From an uncultured Planctomycetia bacterium (lineage in GTDB: Bacteria > Omnitrophota > Gorgyraeia > Pluralincolimonadales > Pluralincolimonadaceae), in assembly GCA_964650515.1 (NCBI GenBank), contig CAZYUB010000004.1, positions 5,541-69,540 of the forward strand: DNA of 64,000 nt, given 5' to 3'. The notes beneath the pieces were generated by a model that saw nothing but the letters and a program-made list of their open reading frames with translations, ran no database searches and was not told where the DNA came from. Of the stretch, positions 9,326 through 18,738 are shown piece after piece (position 1 is the stretch's first letter; each line of letters starts with the position of its first letter). The position numbers and the translations under genes were made by a program.

Positions 9326-10261
9326 ATGAAAAAATTCATAAAAGACCTGAAGGTAAATGACGGCATAGAGTCGGTATTTTTCCTCAAGAAGAAAGAGCTC
9401 GCGCGCACGCAGGCGGGCAAGCCGTACCTCAAGATGACGCTATCCGACAAGACCGGCCGCATGGAAGCGAAGATGTGGGAGGGCGGCGAGCAGGCCGACG
9501 AGATGGTCGCGACGGGGCAGGCGGTATTCGTCAATGGCCGCGTCGATTCCTATAACGGCCTGCAGATACGCGTGGACGGGATCCGCCTCGCCGACCAGAA
9601 GGAATACAAATTCGAGGAGCTCGTCCGCTCCGTCGAGGACCCCGACAAGATATTCAAGAGCATAAAGGAGATGCTCGACGGAATCCGGGACAAGTGGCTT
9701 GCCACACTCGCGAAGGAATTCCTCGACGACGAAGAGCTGATGGCGAAGTTTCGCAAGTCGCCCGGCGCGCAGAACTGGCACAACGCCTACATCGGCGGGC
9801 TCATGGAACACACCTACGAGGTGATGCACATCTGCCGCGAGGTATGCGGGCTCTATCCTGAGGCCGACCGCGACGCTGTCATCATCGGCGCTTTTACGCA
9901 CGACATCGGCAAGACGGTCGAGCTCGACATCAACACTTTTGAATACACGCTCGACGGCGGCCTGATAGGCCACCTGACGCTCGGCTTCGAGATATTATCT
10001 CGCAAGATCGCGGGCATCAAGGGATTCCCGCAGGATAAGGCCCTGGCGCTCAAGCATATAATCCTCGGCCACCACGGCGAGTACGACCAGCAGTCGCCGA
10101 TATTGCCGAAGACGCTCGAGGCGACGATCGTCTACCACGCCGACGAGCTCGTCTCGCAGGCGAACGCGGTCAAGGAAGTGATCTCGCAGCAATCCGACGG
10201 CGACAAGCTCTGGTCCAACTTCATCACGATCAAGAACCGCAAGTACCTGCTGAAAAAATAA
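9326..10261 (+). CDS. OB-fold + HD-domain protein (YhaM-like 3'-5' exoribonuclease family)
   Basis: N-terminal OB-like region; HD motif context ...IGAFTHDIGK... and HIILGHHGEYD; length about 310 aa, typical of YhaM. Confidence 0.55.
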   Translation: MKKFIKDLKVNDGIESVFFLKKKELARTQAGKPYLKMTLSDKTGRMEAKMWEGGEQADEMVATGQAVFVNGRVDSYNGLQIRVDGIRLADQKEYKFEELVRSVEDPDKIFKSIKEMLDGIRDKWLATLAKEFLDDEELMAKFRKSPGAQNWHNAYIGGLMEHTYEVMHICREVCGLYPEADRDAVIIGAFTHDIGKTVELDINTFEYTLDGGLIGHLTLGFEILSRKIAGIKGFPQDKALALKHIILGHHGEYDQQSPILPKTLEATIVYHADELVSQANAVKEVISQQSDGDKLWSNFITIKNRKYLLKK

Positions 10262-10263
10262 TA

Positions 10264-10303
10264 ATAGGGACGGTTCTTGAGGCAATCGGAGAAGTGTCCC
10301 CCT
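10264..10303. repeat. Family-1 hairpin repeat copy 2, immediately after the 10261 stop
   Basis: TAGGGACGGTTCTTGAGGCAATCGGAGAAGTGTCCCCC. Confidence 0.8.
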
Positions 10304-10316
10304 TTTTGGAGGCGCA

Positions 10317-10862
10317 GTGGCAGACAGTTCCAATATTTTCCTGTGGATCATCAAAACCTGCGGCAAAGTCATCCTGAAACCGTCGGAGTTTTTCGGCGGC
10401 CTCAGCGGCAGGAAACCGGAATACTGGCAGGCATACGCGTTCAGCTTACTGCTGACGTTCGTTTCGGTGATAACGGCCGTCGCCGCGGACACGTTCCTGG
10501 CGTCCTCGGGGTATTTCGCGACAACGATGCCGCCGGGCCTGTCGCTCGCGACGATGATCGGCGCGATGATAGCTTCCGCCGTCGCGGTGTTTTTCATCAC
10601 CGGCCTGCTCCACGGGTGCCTTATCGTGGCGGGAAGCTCGGGAAGCATCAAGAAGACGTTCCTCGTTACGGCATACAGCTCGGCCGCGTACATATTTTTT
10701 GTCATCCCGTTCATCGGCGGGACATTGAGCAACATAATCTGGATAATCCTGGTCATTACTGGCCTCAAGAAAATACACGACATAAGCATCGTCAGGGCGA
10801 TAGCCAGCGTCCTGGCGTTCATGATCATCCCGGTGATAATCGGCATACTGTTTTTCAGATAG
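10317..10862 (+). CDS. Yip1-like multi-pass membrane protein (GTG start)
   Basis: Five hydrophobic segments; FFGGLSGRKPEYWQAYAF... resembles the Yip1/DUF1282 family. Confidence 0.45.
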   Translation: MADSSNIFLWIIKTCGKVILKPSEFFGGLSGRKPEYWQAYAFSLLLTFVSVITAVAADTFLASSGYFATTMPPGLSLATMIGAMIASAVAVFFITGLLHGCLIVAGSSGSIKKTFLVTAYSSAAYIFFVIPFIGGTLSNIIWIILVITGLKKIHDISIVRAIASVLAFMIIPVIIGILFFR

Positions 10863-10870
10863 GAGGCAAG

Positions 10871-11254
10871 ATGTACAAGGTCGACGTTTCGTGCATGGCC
10901 GGCAACACCTTCAGCGTGACTTCAGGCGAGGGGAAGATGACCATCGATATCGCCGAAAAGGACAACCTGGGGCCGCTGCCGACGCTTTTAGCGGCGCTCG
11001 GCTCGTGCATCGGCGTTTACCTGCGCCGTTATGCCGACAACCTTAAACTGCCGATAGGGGAATTCAGCGTCAGCGTCGAGGCGGACCTCATCAAGGAGCC
11101 GCCGGTGGGCTTCCGCAAGATCAACGTCTCGGTGGATTTAAAGGGCGCCCAGCTCGACGAGCAGAAGACGGAAGGGCTCGCGCGCTTCATCAAGAATTGC
11201 CCGGTGCACAATACGCTGCACGGGAACCCGGAGATTGGTTTTAAGATAGGATAG
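10871..11254 (+). CDS. OsmC/Ohr-family peroxiredoxin-like protein
   Basis: MYKVDVSCMAGNTF...LLAALGSCIGVYL...NCPVHNTL: the two conserved Cys regions of OsmC. The 10277..11254 track ORF is an over-extension. Confidence 0.75.
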   Translation: MYKVDVSCMAGNTFSVTSGEGKMTIDIAEKDNLGPLPTLLAALGSCIGVYLRRYADNLKLPIGEFSVSVEADLIKEPPVGFRKINVSVDLKGAQLDEQKTEGLARFIKNCPVHNTLHGNPEIGFKIG

Positions 11255-11262
11255 GAGTTGCC

Positions 11263-11637
11263 GTGTTGAATATCCTCCTGTTTTTGGTGGTGTTTGTAGT
11301 CGATTTTATTATAGAAGCATTGTTTGTGCAGGTCGGCACGAAGATAGTCGCGAGATTCTGGCCGCCTTTCTGGACGGCTGTTAAGGCCGTGTTCCTCGGA
11401 TTTATGTGCTTAATGGTCATCGGGATCCTGGCACTGCCTTTTAGCAAGAATATGATCGGCATCTTCGCGTCTTTTATAGGATTCTTTTCTGTGGCGACAA
11501 TATATGGGATCATGATTAAGAGCCCCGAGCAGCGCCCGATCGGAACGGGAAAGGCCTGCCTTGTCCTGCTGATACAGTTAGCTTTGACCGTAATCATCGG
11601 GCTGGCAGTGACAACGGTGTTCCCTCCGGGGGATTGA
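11263..11637 (+). CDS. Small membrane protein (GTG start)
   Basis: Three TM helices; no recognised family. Confidence 0.45.
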   Translation: MLNILLFLVVFVVDFIIEALFVQVGTKIVARFWPPFWTAVKAVFLGFMCLMVIGILALPFSKNMIGIFASFIGFFSVATIYGIMIKSPEQRPIGTGKACLVLLIQLALTVIIGLAVTTVFPPGD

Positions 11638-11643
11638 AGTAAA

Positions 11644-11690
11644 TGTGGATAACCACCCCCTAGGGTGGGTGAAAATAGGACGGCAACGCC
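11644..11690. repeat. Family-3 hairpin element copy b (inverted relative to copy a)
   Basis: TGTGGATAACCACCCCCTAGGGTGGGTGAAAATAGGACGGCAACGCC is the reverse complement of 9266..9312 apart from 2 mismatches. Confidence 0.8.
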
Positions 11691-11692
11691 TT

Positions 11693-14600
11693 ATGCCTTT
11701 AAATTTAAATGAAAAACAAAAGTTAGCCGCGGAGACGCTTGAAGGGCCCGTATTGGTGCTGGCAGGGCCGGGAACGGGAAAGACCGAGCTCTTGTCCGTG
11801 CGCGCGGCGAATATAATCAAGTCGAAGAAGGCCCGCCCCGAGAATATCCTTATTTTGACATATACAAACGCGGCCGCTAAGGCGATGAAAGAGCGGCTCG
11901 TGAAATTACTCGGAGCCGACGCTTATAATATCGAGACCGCGACATTCCACAGCTTCGCGAATAACGTCGTTCTCGAGAGCGATGAAGCCGCCGAATACAT
12001 ACAGGAACGCGTCCAGATAACAGATATCGAGCAGATAAAACTCCTCGAATACATTTTGGACAACACCGACGGCATCGACAAGATCCGGCCGTTCCGCGCG
12101 CCGTACGCGTTCGAGCGCGAGATAAGCCAGCGGATAACCGAGCTCAAGCGCGAAGGCGTCTCGCCCGCCCGGTTCGCCGAGATAATCGAAAAAACCGAGC
12201 CAGACGGCGCCTACATCGAAGAAAAGCACATAGAGCGTCTCAGAGCCCTGGCCACCGTGTATAAGCTGTATGAAGAGTACAAAGCGGGCAAAAATAAGGC
12301 ACTTTTCGATGACCGCGGCCGCTACGATTACGACGACATGATACTTTTCGCGACCGAGGCGATCAAAAATGAGCCCGAGCTTGCGCGCGCGCTTCGCTCA
12401 CAGTACACCTACATCATGGTTGATGAGTTCCAGGACACCAACGGTGCCCAGATGGATTTGCTCTTCCAAATAGGGGACGTGTCGCTTGGGGACGTGTCAA
12501 AAAGGGACAGGTCGCCTAATTTATGCTGCGTCGGGGATGACGATCAGTCAATTTTCCGCTTCCAGGGTGCCTCTGTCGCGAATTTCAGGGAGTTTAAGAA
12601 GAGATTCCCCGATCTGAAAGTAATCCCTCTGGAGAAGAATTATCGCTCAACAAAAGAGATAATCTCGCTTTCCGACCGCATAATAAATAACCTGCCCAAA
12701 AAAGAGCGCTACGAGGCCAAAACGCTCGCCCCGGAGCAGGATTTCAAGCAAAAGACCATAGAATACAACGAATTCACGACCGAGACCGAAGAACTGCTCT
12801 TCATCACGCGCCGCATAAAGGAGCTGATGAAGGCCGACAAGTCGCTGACATATGACGAGATCGCGGTCCTCGTGCGCCAGCGCGACGACATCCTCAAGAT
12901 CGTCGACACTTTCCTGCGCGCCGGCATTCCGTACGCGACCGACGGCAAGGAGGACATCGCCGGAGAAAAGCGCGTCCGCCAGATGCTCGACGTGTTGTAT
13001 TTCGCGCACACGCCGGATATGGAGGTCGAGCAGAAGGACGCCTATCTTTACCGAATTTTGACCGCCGATTACATGCGCATCCCGATGAACGACGTCCTGC
13101 GCTTCATTGCCGCCGTCCGCGCGAAGAAGCATGACCAGCGCAAGAAGGGCGAAGCCCCGACGATTTCGATGTTCAGCGAATACATGGGGACGTGTGGATT
13201 AGGGACGTGTCAAAAGGGGACAGGTCGCAAAGCCGGAAAAGAGGGCGGAGTGTCCCAAAGTGACACGTCCCCTCTTGCTACGCTTCTTTACGAAGCCGAA
13301 AGCAAGCCCGTGCACGCAATGCTTATGCAATTCATCAAGGATGCCGGGGTAATGAAGTTCATCCTCGAAAAATATAATGATAACGATCTTTTGCGCATTC
13401 GCGACCTGCGGGCGCTGACGTCGTTCGTGAACATGGTCAAGGAGTCCGACATCGCGCGGCCGGGCATCACGCTAAAGGAATTCATCGACGAGCTCGAGAC
13501 GCGCAAGGCCCACGGCATTTCCCTGCAGGGCGAGCTCGTGACCGCCACACAGGAGGGAGTCAGGATCTACACGGCCCACGGCTCGAAAGGCCTGGAGTTC
13601 AACACGGTCTTCATCCCGTTCTGCCTCGACAAGAAGCGCTGGCCGAAGAAGCCGCAAGGGGTCACCATCCCGCTTCCGCCCGAGGTCTACAAGTCGAAGG
13701 AGATCCCGACCGACAAGGAGATCTTGAAACAGCTCGATTATTACGACGAGACGCGGCTCTTCTACGTCGCCTCGACGCGCGCGAAGGCGAATCTTATCTA
13801 TACGGCAAGCCCGACCGAGAGCACGGTCCCGAGCTCTTACCTTTCAGGCGTTGAGGTAAAAGGGGAGAGCCGCAAAGAGGAAGCCCTGCTCAAAGTTTCG
13901 CTTCAGCTCGCTGAAGCTCAAGACCCGTTCATCGGCACGTCCAAGGTCCTGTCGGACCTTGTCCAGGACCTTTCGCTGAACCCGACCGCGCTAAACAATT
14001 ACATCAACTGCCCGCGCAAATATCTTTATGATGACGTCCTGCTCCTGCCGTCGGCAAAGAAGCAGTCGCTCGTCTTCGGTAACTGCACCCACAAGGCGCT
14101 CGAGGACGTGTATGATAAATTCATGAAGACCGGCAAGTTCCCGGATTTCGCGTCCTTCAAGGCCTCGTTTGCCCGCGAGCTCGACCACGAAGCCCCTGAA
14201 ACCGCGATAAAGACCGCCTGCCTGCGCCAGGTCGAGACTTTCAAGAAGTGGTATAAGGAAGAGTCGCGCGCGCCGGTCAAACCGCTCGGCCTCGAGAGGC
14301 GGCTGGTGGTCATGCTCGATGACGATTTGAAATTCACGGGCAAGTATGATAAGACCGAGGCACTGGATGGGAGTGTACGAGTCTTAGATTATAAGACGGG
14401 CGAGCCGGACCGCCATGTCAAAGGTATAAATAAATCCCTCAAAGAGGCGATCCCGCTTGCCAGCGACGAGTTCGAGGATTACCTGCGCCAGCTCATCTCA
14501 TACAAATTGCTCTTCGACAAGGACAAGAAAGAGTCGCAGGGCCGCAAGGTAAAGGAGGGCGTGCTCGTCTTCCTCGACCCGGCCAAAGAGACGGTCGCCA

Positions 14601-14794
14601 AGCACGACCTCGAAGAGGGCGAGTTCGTCAAAAAGAGGGTGGAGTTGACCGAGGATATGGTCTCCGAGCTCGAATCGCTCATCAAGGACGTCCGCGCCCG
14701 CATCAGGAAGCTCGAATTTGACAAATTACCCGCCCGTGATCCTGACATGAAAAAATGCGGCGGATGCGATTTTGACGATATTTGCTGGAGATAG
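11693..14794 (+). CDS. UvrD/PcrA-type superfamily-1 helicase fused to a C-terminal Cas4/AddB-like PD-(D/E)xK nuclease with a 4-Cys Fe-S motif
   Basis: Walker A AGPGTGKTE, motif II DEFQDTN, motif III VGDDDQSIFRFQGAS; nuclease part with DYKTGEP, QLISYKLLF and CGGCDFDDICW. Carries two in-frame insertions encoded by family-2 repeats. Confidence 0.8.
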   Translation: MPLNLNEKQKLAAETLEGPVLVLAGPGTGKTELLSVRAANIIKSKKARPENILILTYTNAAAKAMKERLVKLLGADAYNIETATFHSFANNVVLESDEAAEYIQERVQITDIEQIKLLEYILDNTDGIDKIRPFRAPYAFEREISQRITELKREGVSPARFAEIIEKTEPDGAYIEEKHIERLRALATVYKLYEEYKAGKNKALFDDRGRYDYDDMILFATEAIKNEPELARALRSQYTYIMVDEFQDTNGAQMDLLFQIGDVSLGDVSKRDRSPNLCCVGDDDQSIFRFQGASVANFREFKKRFPDLKVIPLEKNYRSTKEIISLSDRIINNLPKKERYEAKTLAPEQDFKQKTIEYNEFTTETEELLFITRRIKELMKADKSLTYDEIAVLVRQRDDILKIVDTFLRAGIPYATDGKEDIAGEKRVRQMLDVLYFAHTPDMEVEQKDAYLYRILTADYMRIPMNDVLRFIAAVRAKKHDQRKKGEAPTISMFSEYMGTCGLGTCQKGTGRKAGKEGGVSQSDTSPLATLLYEAESKPVHAMLMQFIKDAGVMKFILEKYNDNDLLRIRDLRALTSFVNMVKESDIARPGITLKEFIDELETRKAHGISLQGELVTATQEGVRIYTAHGSKGLEFNTVFIPFCLDKKRWPKKPQGVTIPLPPEVYKSKEIPTDKEILKQLDYYDETRLFYVASTRAKANLIYTASPTESTVPSSYLSGVEVKGESRKEEALLKVSLQLAEAQDPFIGTSKVLSDLVQDLSLNPTALNNYINCPRKYLYDDVLLLPSAKKQSLVFGNCTHKALEDVYDKFMKTGKFPDFASFKASFARELDHEAPETAIKTACLRQVETFKKWYKEESRAPVKPLGLERRLVVMLDDDLKFTGKYDKTEALDGSVRVLDYKTGEPDRHVKGINKSLKEAIPLASDEFEDYLRQLISYKLLFDKDKKESQGRKVKEGVLVFLDPAKETVAKHDLEEGEFVKKRVELTEDMVSELESLIKDVRARIRKLEFDKLPARDPDMKKCGGCDFDDICWR
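12473..12516. repeat. Family-2 repeat copy B, in-frame inside the helicase gene between motifs II and III
   Basis: GGGGACGTGTCGCTTGGGGACGTGTCAAAAAGGGACAGGTCGCC, translated as GDVSLGDVSKRDRSP. Confidence 0.8.
13187..13272. repeat. Family-2 repeat copy C (forward triplet plus an inverted partial copy), in-frame inside the helicase gene
   Basis: GGGGACGTGTGGATTAGGGACGTGTCAAAAGGGGACAGGTCG ... GGAGTGTCCCAAAGTGACACGTCCCC, translated as MGTCGLGTCQKGTGRKAGKEGGVSQSDTSP. Confidence 0.8.
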
Positions 14795-14800
14795 CGAAGC

Positions 14801-15172
14801 ATGCCGATAATTATTGATGGGTGGAATATGGTGAGGCATGAGCATTCAGGTATCGATTATGATGATGCTCTTGCAGGAGCATCCCATCTGATTGCCATAT
14901 TAGAGAGATTTCAGGAAACGCATGCAGATCAAATCGTGCTCGTGTTTGACAGTAAGAATGAATATCTAGATATCCCGATACGGAGCACACCGAAGCTCCA
15001 CATCGTCGCGGCGAAGGACGCCGACAACTGGATCAAGCGCCACATCGACAAAGTCCCGCCGCGCCAGCGCCGCAACCTCCGCGTCGTTTCCTCCGACCGG
15101 TCGTTGTATTTTTATGCGAAAGATGCAAGAGCAACGCCGGTGAAATGTGAAGAATTTTGGGGGAAGCTTTAA
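14801..15172 (+). CDS. NYN/PIN-like domain protein (YacP/Rae1-like)
   Basis: N-terminal MPIIIDGWNMV matches the LxIDGYNV start of YacP-type NYN RNases; size 123 aa. Confidence 0.5.
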   Translation: MPIIIDGWNMVRHEHSGIDYDDALAGASHLIAILERFQETHADQIVLVFDSKNEYLDIPIRSTPKLHIVAAKDADNWIKRHIDKVPPRQRRNLRVVSSDRSLYFYAKDARATPVKCEEFWGKL

Positions 15173-15211
15173 AATAGACAGAAAAGCACGAAAATAAAGC
15201 TGATAATATGC

Positions 15212-15240
15212 TTGACATATATTATACAATAATATATACT
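15212..15240 (+). promoter_or_regulatory. Sigma70-type promoter upstream of the fic-radC-hsdM operon
   Basis: TTGACA (15212-15217), a 17-nt spacer, then TATACT (15235-15240), in a 100-bp AT-rich intergenic region. Confidence 0.6.
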
Positions 15241-15278
15241 TCTTATTGTAAACAAACAAGTTAAGTGTGACAAAATAG

Positions 15279-16418
15279 GTGACAATAATGATACATAAAG
15301 TAGATACGTTTAAATCCGGGCCTTTTTTCTTCAGCCTCAATTATGACAGAGGAAAGCTACAAGGTCTTTTGGTTGAAGCAAGAATTTTATACGAAACAGT
15401 TGCCGATATACCCATTCTCCCGGATATTGCGGCTAGGCTCGAAGAAGATTTAATCAGGAAATCGATTTTTGGAACCGCCGCGATAGAGGGTAATCCTCTA
15501 ACAGAGGAGGAGGTAAAAAAGACTCTTTCTCAGGAAGAGATAAAAGGAAAGATAGAGAAGGCAGAAAAGCAAATACGTAATTTGAAAGATGCGTATGAAA
15601 TTATCAGGAAAACAACCCCCAGCGGCAAACCGATCACTCTGGAAGAAGCTTTCATAAAAAATTTACATAAAATTATCACGAAAGATTGCGAAAACCCTGA
15701 GAATATCCCAGGTGGTTATCGTAATCGTCCAGTCAAAGTGGGTGATGAGGAGCACGGAGGCGTTTATACTCCGCCTAAAGCATTCGATGATATAAAGAAT
15801 CTAATGGTCAGCTACATCGAATGGATCAATTCGCCTGATGTAATGAAGGAAGATCCCGTAATCCGAGCATGTTTAGCGCATTATCATTTAGCTCTTATTC
15901 ATCCTTTTGATAACGGAAATGGTAGAACTGCTCGAGCTGTTGAAGCGGTCCTGATAAAGAGCGGAGGAGTTAAGTATGTTCCCCATATGCTTTCCAATTA
16001 TTATTACAGGCATATTGACGATTACTTCAGAGCATTTTCATTAGCGGAACGTAATGAAGCCAATGACATTACACCTTTTGTCGAGTTCTTTCTTAAAGGA
16101 TTAGTTAGCTCGCTGGAAGAGATAAAACTAATAATATTTTCCTGGATCAGGGAATATACTCTCAGAGATTATTATATATTTTTAAGAAGAAAGAGAAAGA
16201 TTACACAAAGACAACATGATTTGATCGGTCTTTTATTGGAAACGCGAAGCGGAGAGTTTACCCTAAAAGATTTATTTGAACAAGAGAAATTCAAGATAAT
16301 TTATAGAAAAGTTAGCGAGAGAACCGCTCGTAGAGACCTGAAAAAACTTGAAGGGAATAGGCTGATAACGATTGTTAAAGATGGCGTGTATGCATTAAAT
16401 GCTAAAGTATTAGGATGA
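15279..16418 (+). CDS. Fic-family protein (adenylyltransferase/Doc-like)
   Basis: Canonical Fic motif HPFDNGNGRTAR; alternative ATG at 15288. Confidence 0.85.
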   Translation: MTIMIHKVDTFKSGPFFFSLNYDRGKLQGLLVEARILYETVADIPILPDIAARLEEDLIRKSIFGTAAIEGNPLTEEEVKKTLSQEEIKGKIEKAEKQIRNLKDAYEIIRKTTPSGKPITLEEAFIKNLHKIITKDCENPENIPGGYRNRPVKVGDEEHGGVYTPPKAFDDIKNLMVSYIEWINSPDVMKEDPVIRACLAHYHLALIHPFDNGNGRTARAVEAVLIKSGGVKYVPHMLSNYYYRHIDDYFRAFSLAERNEANDITPFVEFFLKGLVSSLEEIKLIIFSWIREYTLRDYYIFLRRKRKITQRQHDLIGLLLETRSGEFTLKDLFEQEKFKIIYRKVSERTARRDLKKLEGNRLITIVKDGVYALNAKVLG

Positions 16419-16427
16419 TGTAACGTT

Positions 16428-17147
16428 TTGAAAAAAGAGAATCGTTCTACAGGTATTAAGAGCTGGCCGGAGGACGACAGGCCGCGCGAAAAGCTACTCA
16501 AGAAGGGGGCGGGGGTTTTGAGCAATTCTGAGCTTCTGGCAATTCTTCTTCGAACCGGCACAAACGGGACCAGTGCAATAGACCTTGCCCGCGATATCCT
16601 CAAGAAATTCGGCTCATTTCGCAATATGGCGTATACAGATGCTCGAGACTGGAAGGAATTCAAGGGTTTGGGGGGTGCCAAGATTGCCCATATTCAGGCC
16701 GCGCTTGAGATCGGGCGACGTTATCGTGAAAATGATGTATCCACAGGGAAACAGAAGATTGTCTCCGCCAAGGATATTGTAGATATAGTCATGCCCCAAC
16801 TTCGCGACCTCAAAACCGAAGTATTTAAAGTTGTCTATCTCGATAGCAACAATCGTATAATAGATATATCCGATACAGCCGCCGGAACAGTCGACAAAGC
16901 ATTTCCAATTGTCCGTGAAATTATCCATGCCGCTTTGCAAAAATTCGCCAAGTCGATTGTTTGCGTTCACAACCACCCCAGTGGCAATACTGTTCCAAGC
17001 GCTCAAGACAAGAAATTCACCGAAGATTTAACCGCCGCCGCGGATTTGTTAGGCATTAAGGTTCTCGACCATATCATCATAGGCGGTACCGATTATTATA
17101 GTTTTTCAGAAGAGGGGAGGCAGAATGCCCAGAAGCAAACAGTCTAA
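16428..17147 (+). CDS. radC: RadC-like JAB/MPN-domain protein (TTG start)
   Basis: ERPREKLL helix-hairpin region at the N-terminus and JAMM motif HNHPSGNTVPS. Confidence 0.8.
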   Translation: MKKENRSTGIKSWPEDDRPREKLLKKGAGVLSNSELLAILLRTGTNGTSAIDLARDILKKFGSFRNMAYTDARDWKEFKGLGGAKIAHIQAALEIGRRYRENDVSTGKQKIVSAKDIVDIVMPQLRDLKTEVFKVVYLDSNNRIIDISDTAAGTVDKAFPIVREIIHAALQKFAKSIVCVHNHPSGNTVPSAQDKKFTEDLTAAADLLGIKVLDHIIIGGTDYYSFSEEGRQNAQKQTV

Positions 17148-18738
17148 CGCTAAACCCAAGAAACAGGAATCCTTCACAGACGCCCTCTGGAAATCCGCGG
17201 ACAAACTGCGCAAGAATATGGACGCCGCGGAATATAAGCATGTGGTGATGGGGCTTATCTTCCTGAAATATATCTCTGACGCTTTCGAAGTCCTGCATTC
17301 AAAGCTCGTCCGGGGCAAGGGCGAATACGAAGGCGCGAACTCCGAAGATCCCAACGAGTATACCGCCGAAAAAGTATTTTTCGTGCCTCCGATAGCGCGC
17401 TGGAAGCATATCTCAGACAACGCTAAAAAGACCGAAATTTTGCTCGATAACGGTAAGAAAGTCGACATCGGCGGTTATATCGACGAAGCCATGGAAGCAA
17501 TCGAGCGACAGAATACCTCACTCAGAGGCGTTTTGCCTAAAGTGTATGCCCGGCAGAACTTGGACCGCACCAGTCTCGGCGGTTTGATAGATCTTATAGG
17601 CACCATAGCCTTGGGAACCGAAGAAGCCAAGAGCAAAGACATCCTCGGTCAGGTATATGAATATTTCCTCGGCCAATTCGCCCTCGCCGAAGGCAAGAAG
17701 GGCGGGCAGTTCTACACTCCGCGCAGCGTTGTAAAACTGTTGGTCGAGATGCTCCAGCCATTCGAAGGCCGGGTATTCGATCCCTGCTGCGGTTCGGGCG
17801 GCATGTTCGTGCAGAGCGAGAAGTTCATTGAAGCCCATCAGGACCACTACAAGAAGAAACCCAAAGGTGTCAGCCTCAATCCGAGCGACATGATCTCCAT
17901 CTACGGTCAGGAATCCAACCAGACCACCTGGCGCCTGGCCAAGATGAATCTGGCTATCCGCGGCATCGACAGCTCCAACGTCAAATGGAACAACGAAGGC
18001 TCTTTCCTCAACGATGCGCACAAGGACCTGAAGGCCGATTTTATCATCGCCAATCCGCCGTTCAACGATTCCGACTGGTCCGGCGATCTCTTGAAAGATG
18101 ACGCCCGCTGGAAATACGGTATTCCGCCCAGCGGTAACGCCAATTATGCCTGGATCCAGCATTTCATCTATCATATCTCGCCGTCAGGCGGAATGGCCGG
18201 GTTTGTCCTGGCCAAAGGTTCTCTGACTTCCAAGACCAACAACGAAGGCGAAATCCGCAAAACCATCATCGAGGCCGGGTTGCTCGATTGTATAGTCAAT
18301 CTTCCGGCAAAGCTTTTCCTGAATACCCAAATTCCCGCTTGTCTTTGGTTCTTATCGCGTAAAAAAGAGGGTAGGCTGGATAAAGTATTGTTCGTCGATG
18401 CCCGCAATATGGGTTATTTGATCAACCGCCGCACCCGCGATTTTACGGATGAAGATATCGCCAAGATTGCAGATACCTACCATCATTGGCGCAACAAAAA
18501 CGATAAATATGAAGACGTCCCCGGCTTCTGCAAATCCGTCACTCTCGACGAAATCAGGCAGAAAGATTATGTGCTCACGCCGGGCCGCTACATCGGCTTG
18601 CCGGAAGAAGAGGATGATTTCGACTTTGCCGAACGTTTCTCCAAGCTTAAAACTGAGCTGGAAGAGCAGATGAAAGAAGAGGCGCACCTGAATGAGCTTA
18701 TTCGTCAGAATCTTGCGAAATTGGAGATAAAGAAGTGA
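17125..18738 (+). CDS. hsdM: Type I restriction-modification system methyltransferase subunit HsdM
   Basis: N-terminal LWKSADKLRKNMDAAEYKHVVMGLIFLKYISD, SAM motif DPCCGSGGM, catalytic IIANPPF. Confidence 0.9.
   Translation: MPRSKQSNAKPKKQESFTDALWKSADKLRKNMDAAEYKHVVMGLIFLKYISDAFEVLHSKLVRGKGEYEGANSEDPNEYTAEKVFFVPPIARWKHISDNAKKTEILLDNGKKVDIGGYIDEAMEAIERQNTSLRGVLPKVYARQNLDRTSLGGLIDLIGTIALGTEEAKSKDILGQVYEYFLGQFALAEGKKGGQFYTPRSVVKLLVEMLQPFEGRVFDPCCGSGGMFVQSEKFIEAHQDHYKKKPKGVSLNPSDMISIYGQESNQTTWRLAKMNLAIRGIDSSNVKWNNEGSFLNDAHKDLKADFIIANPPFNDSDWSGDLLKDDARWKYGIPPSGNANYAWIQHFIYHISPSGGMAGFVLAKGSLTSKTNNEGEIRKTIIEAGLLDCIVNLPAKLFLNTQIPACLWFLSRKKEGRLDKVLFVDARNMGYLINRRTRDFTDEDIAKIADTYHHWRNKNDKYEDVPGFCKSVTLDEIRQKDYVLTPGRYIGLPEEEDDFDFAERFSKLKTELEEQMKEEAHLNELIRQNLAKLEIKK

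Noticed and set aside
10277-11254. 325-aa + strand ORF spanning the Yip1-like and OsmC genes
   Set aside because: Its N-terminal 200 aa are Arg/Gly/His-rich out-of-frame read-through over the real Yip1-like gene. The true OsmC starts at the ATG at 10871, behind AGGAGG.
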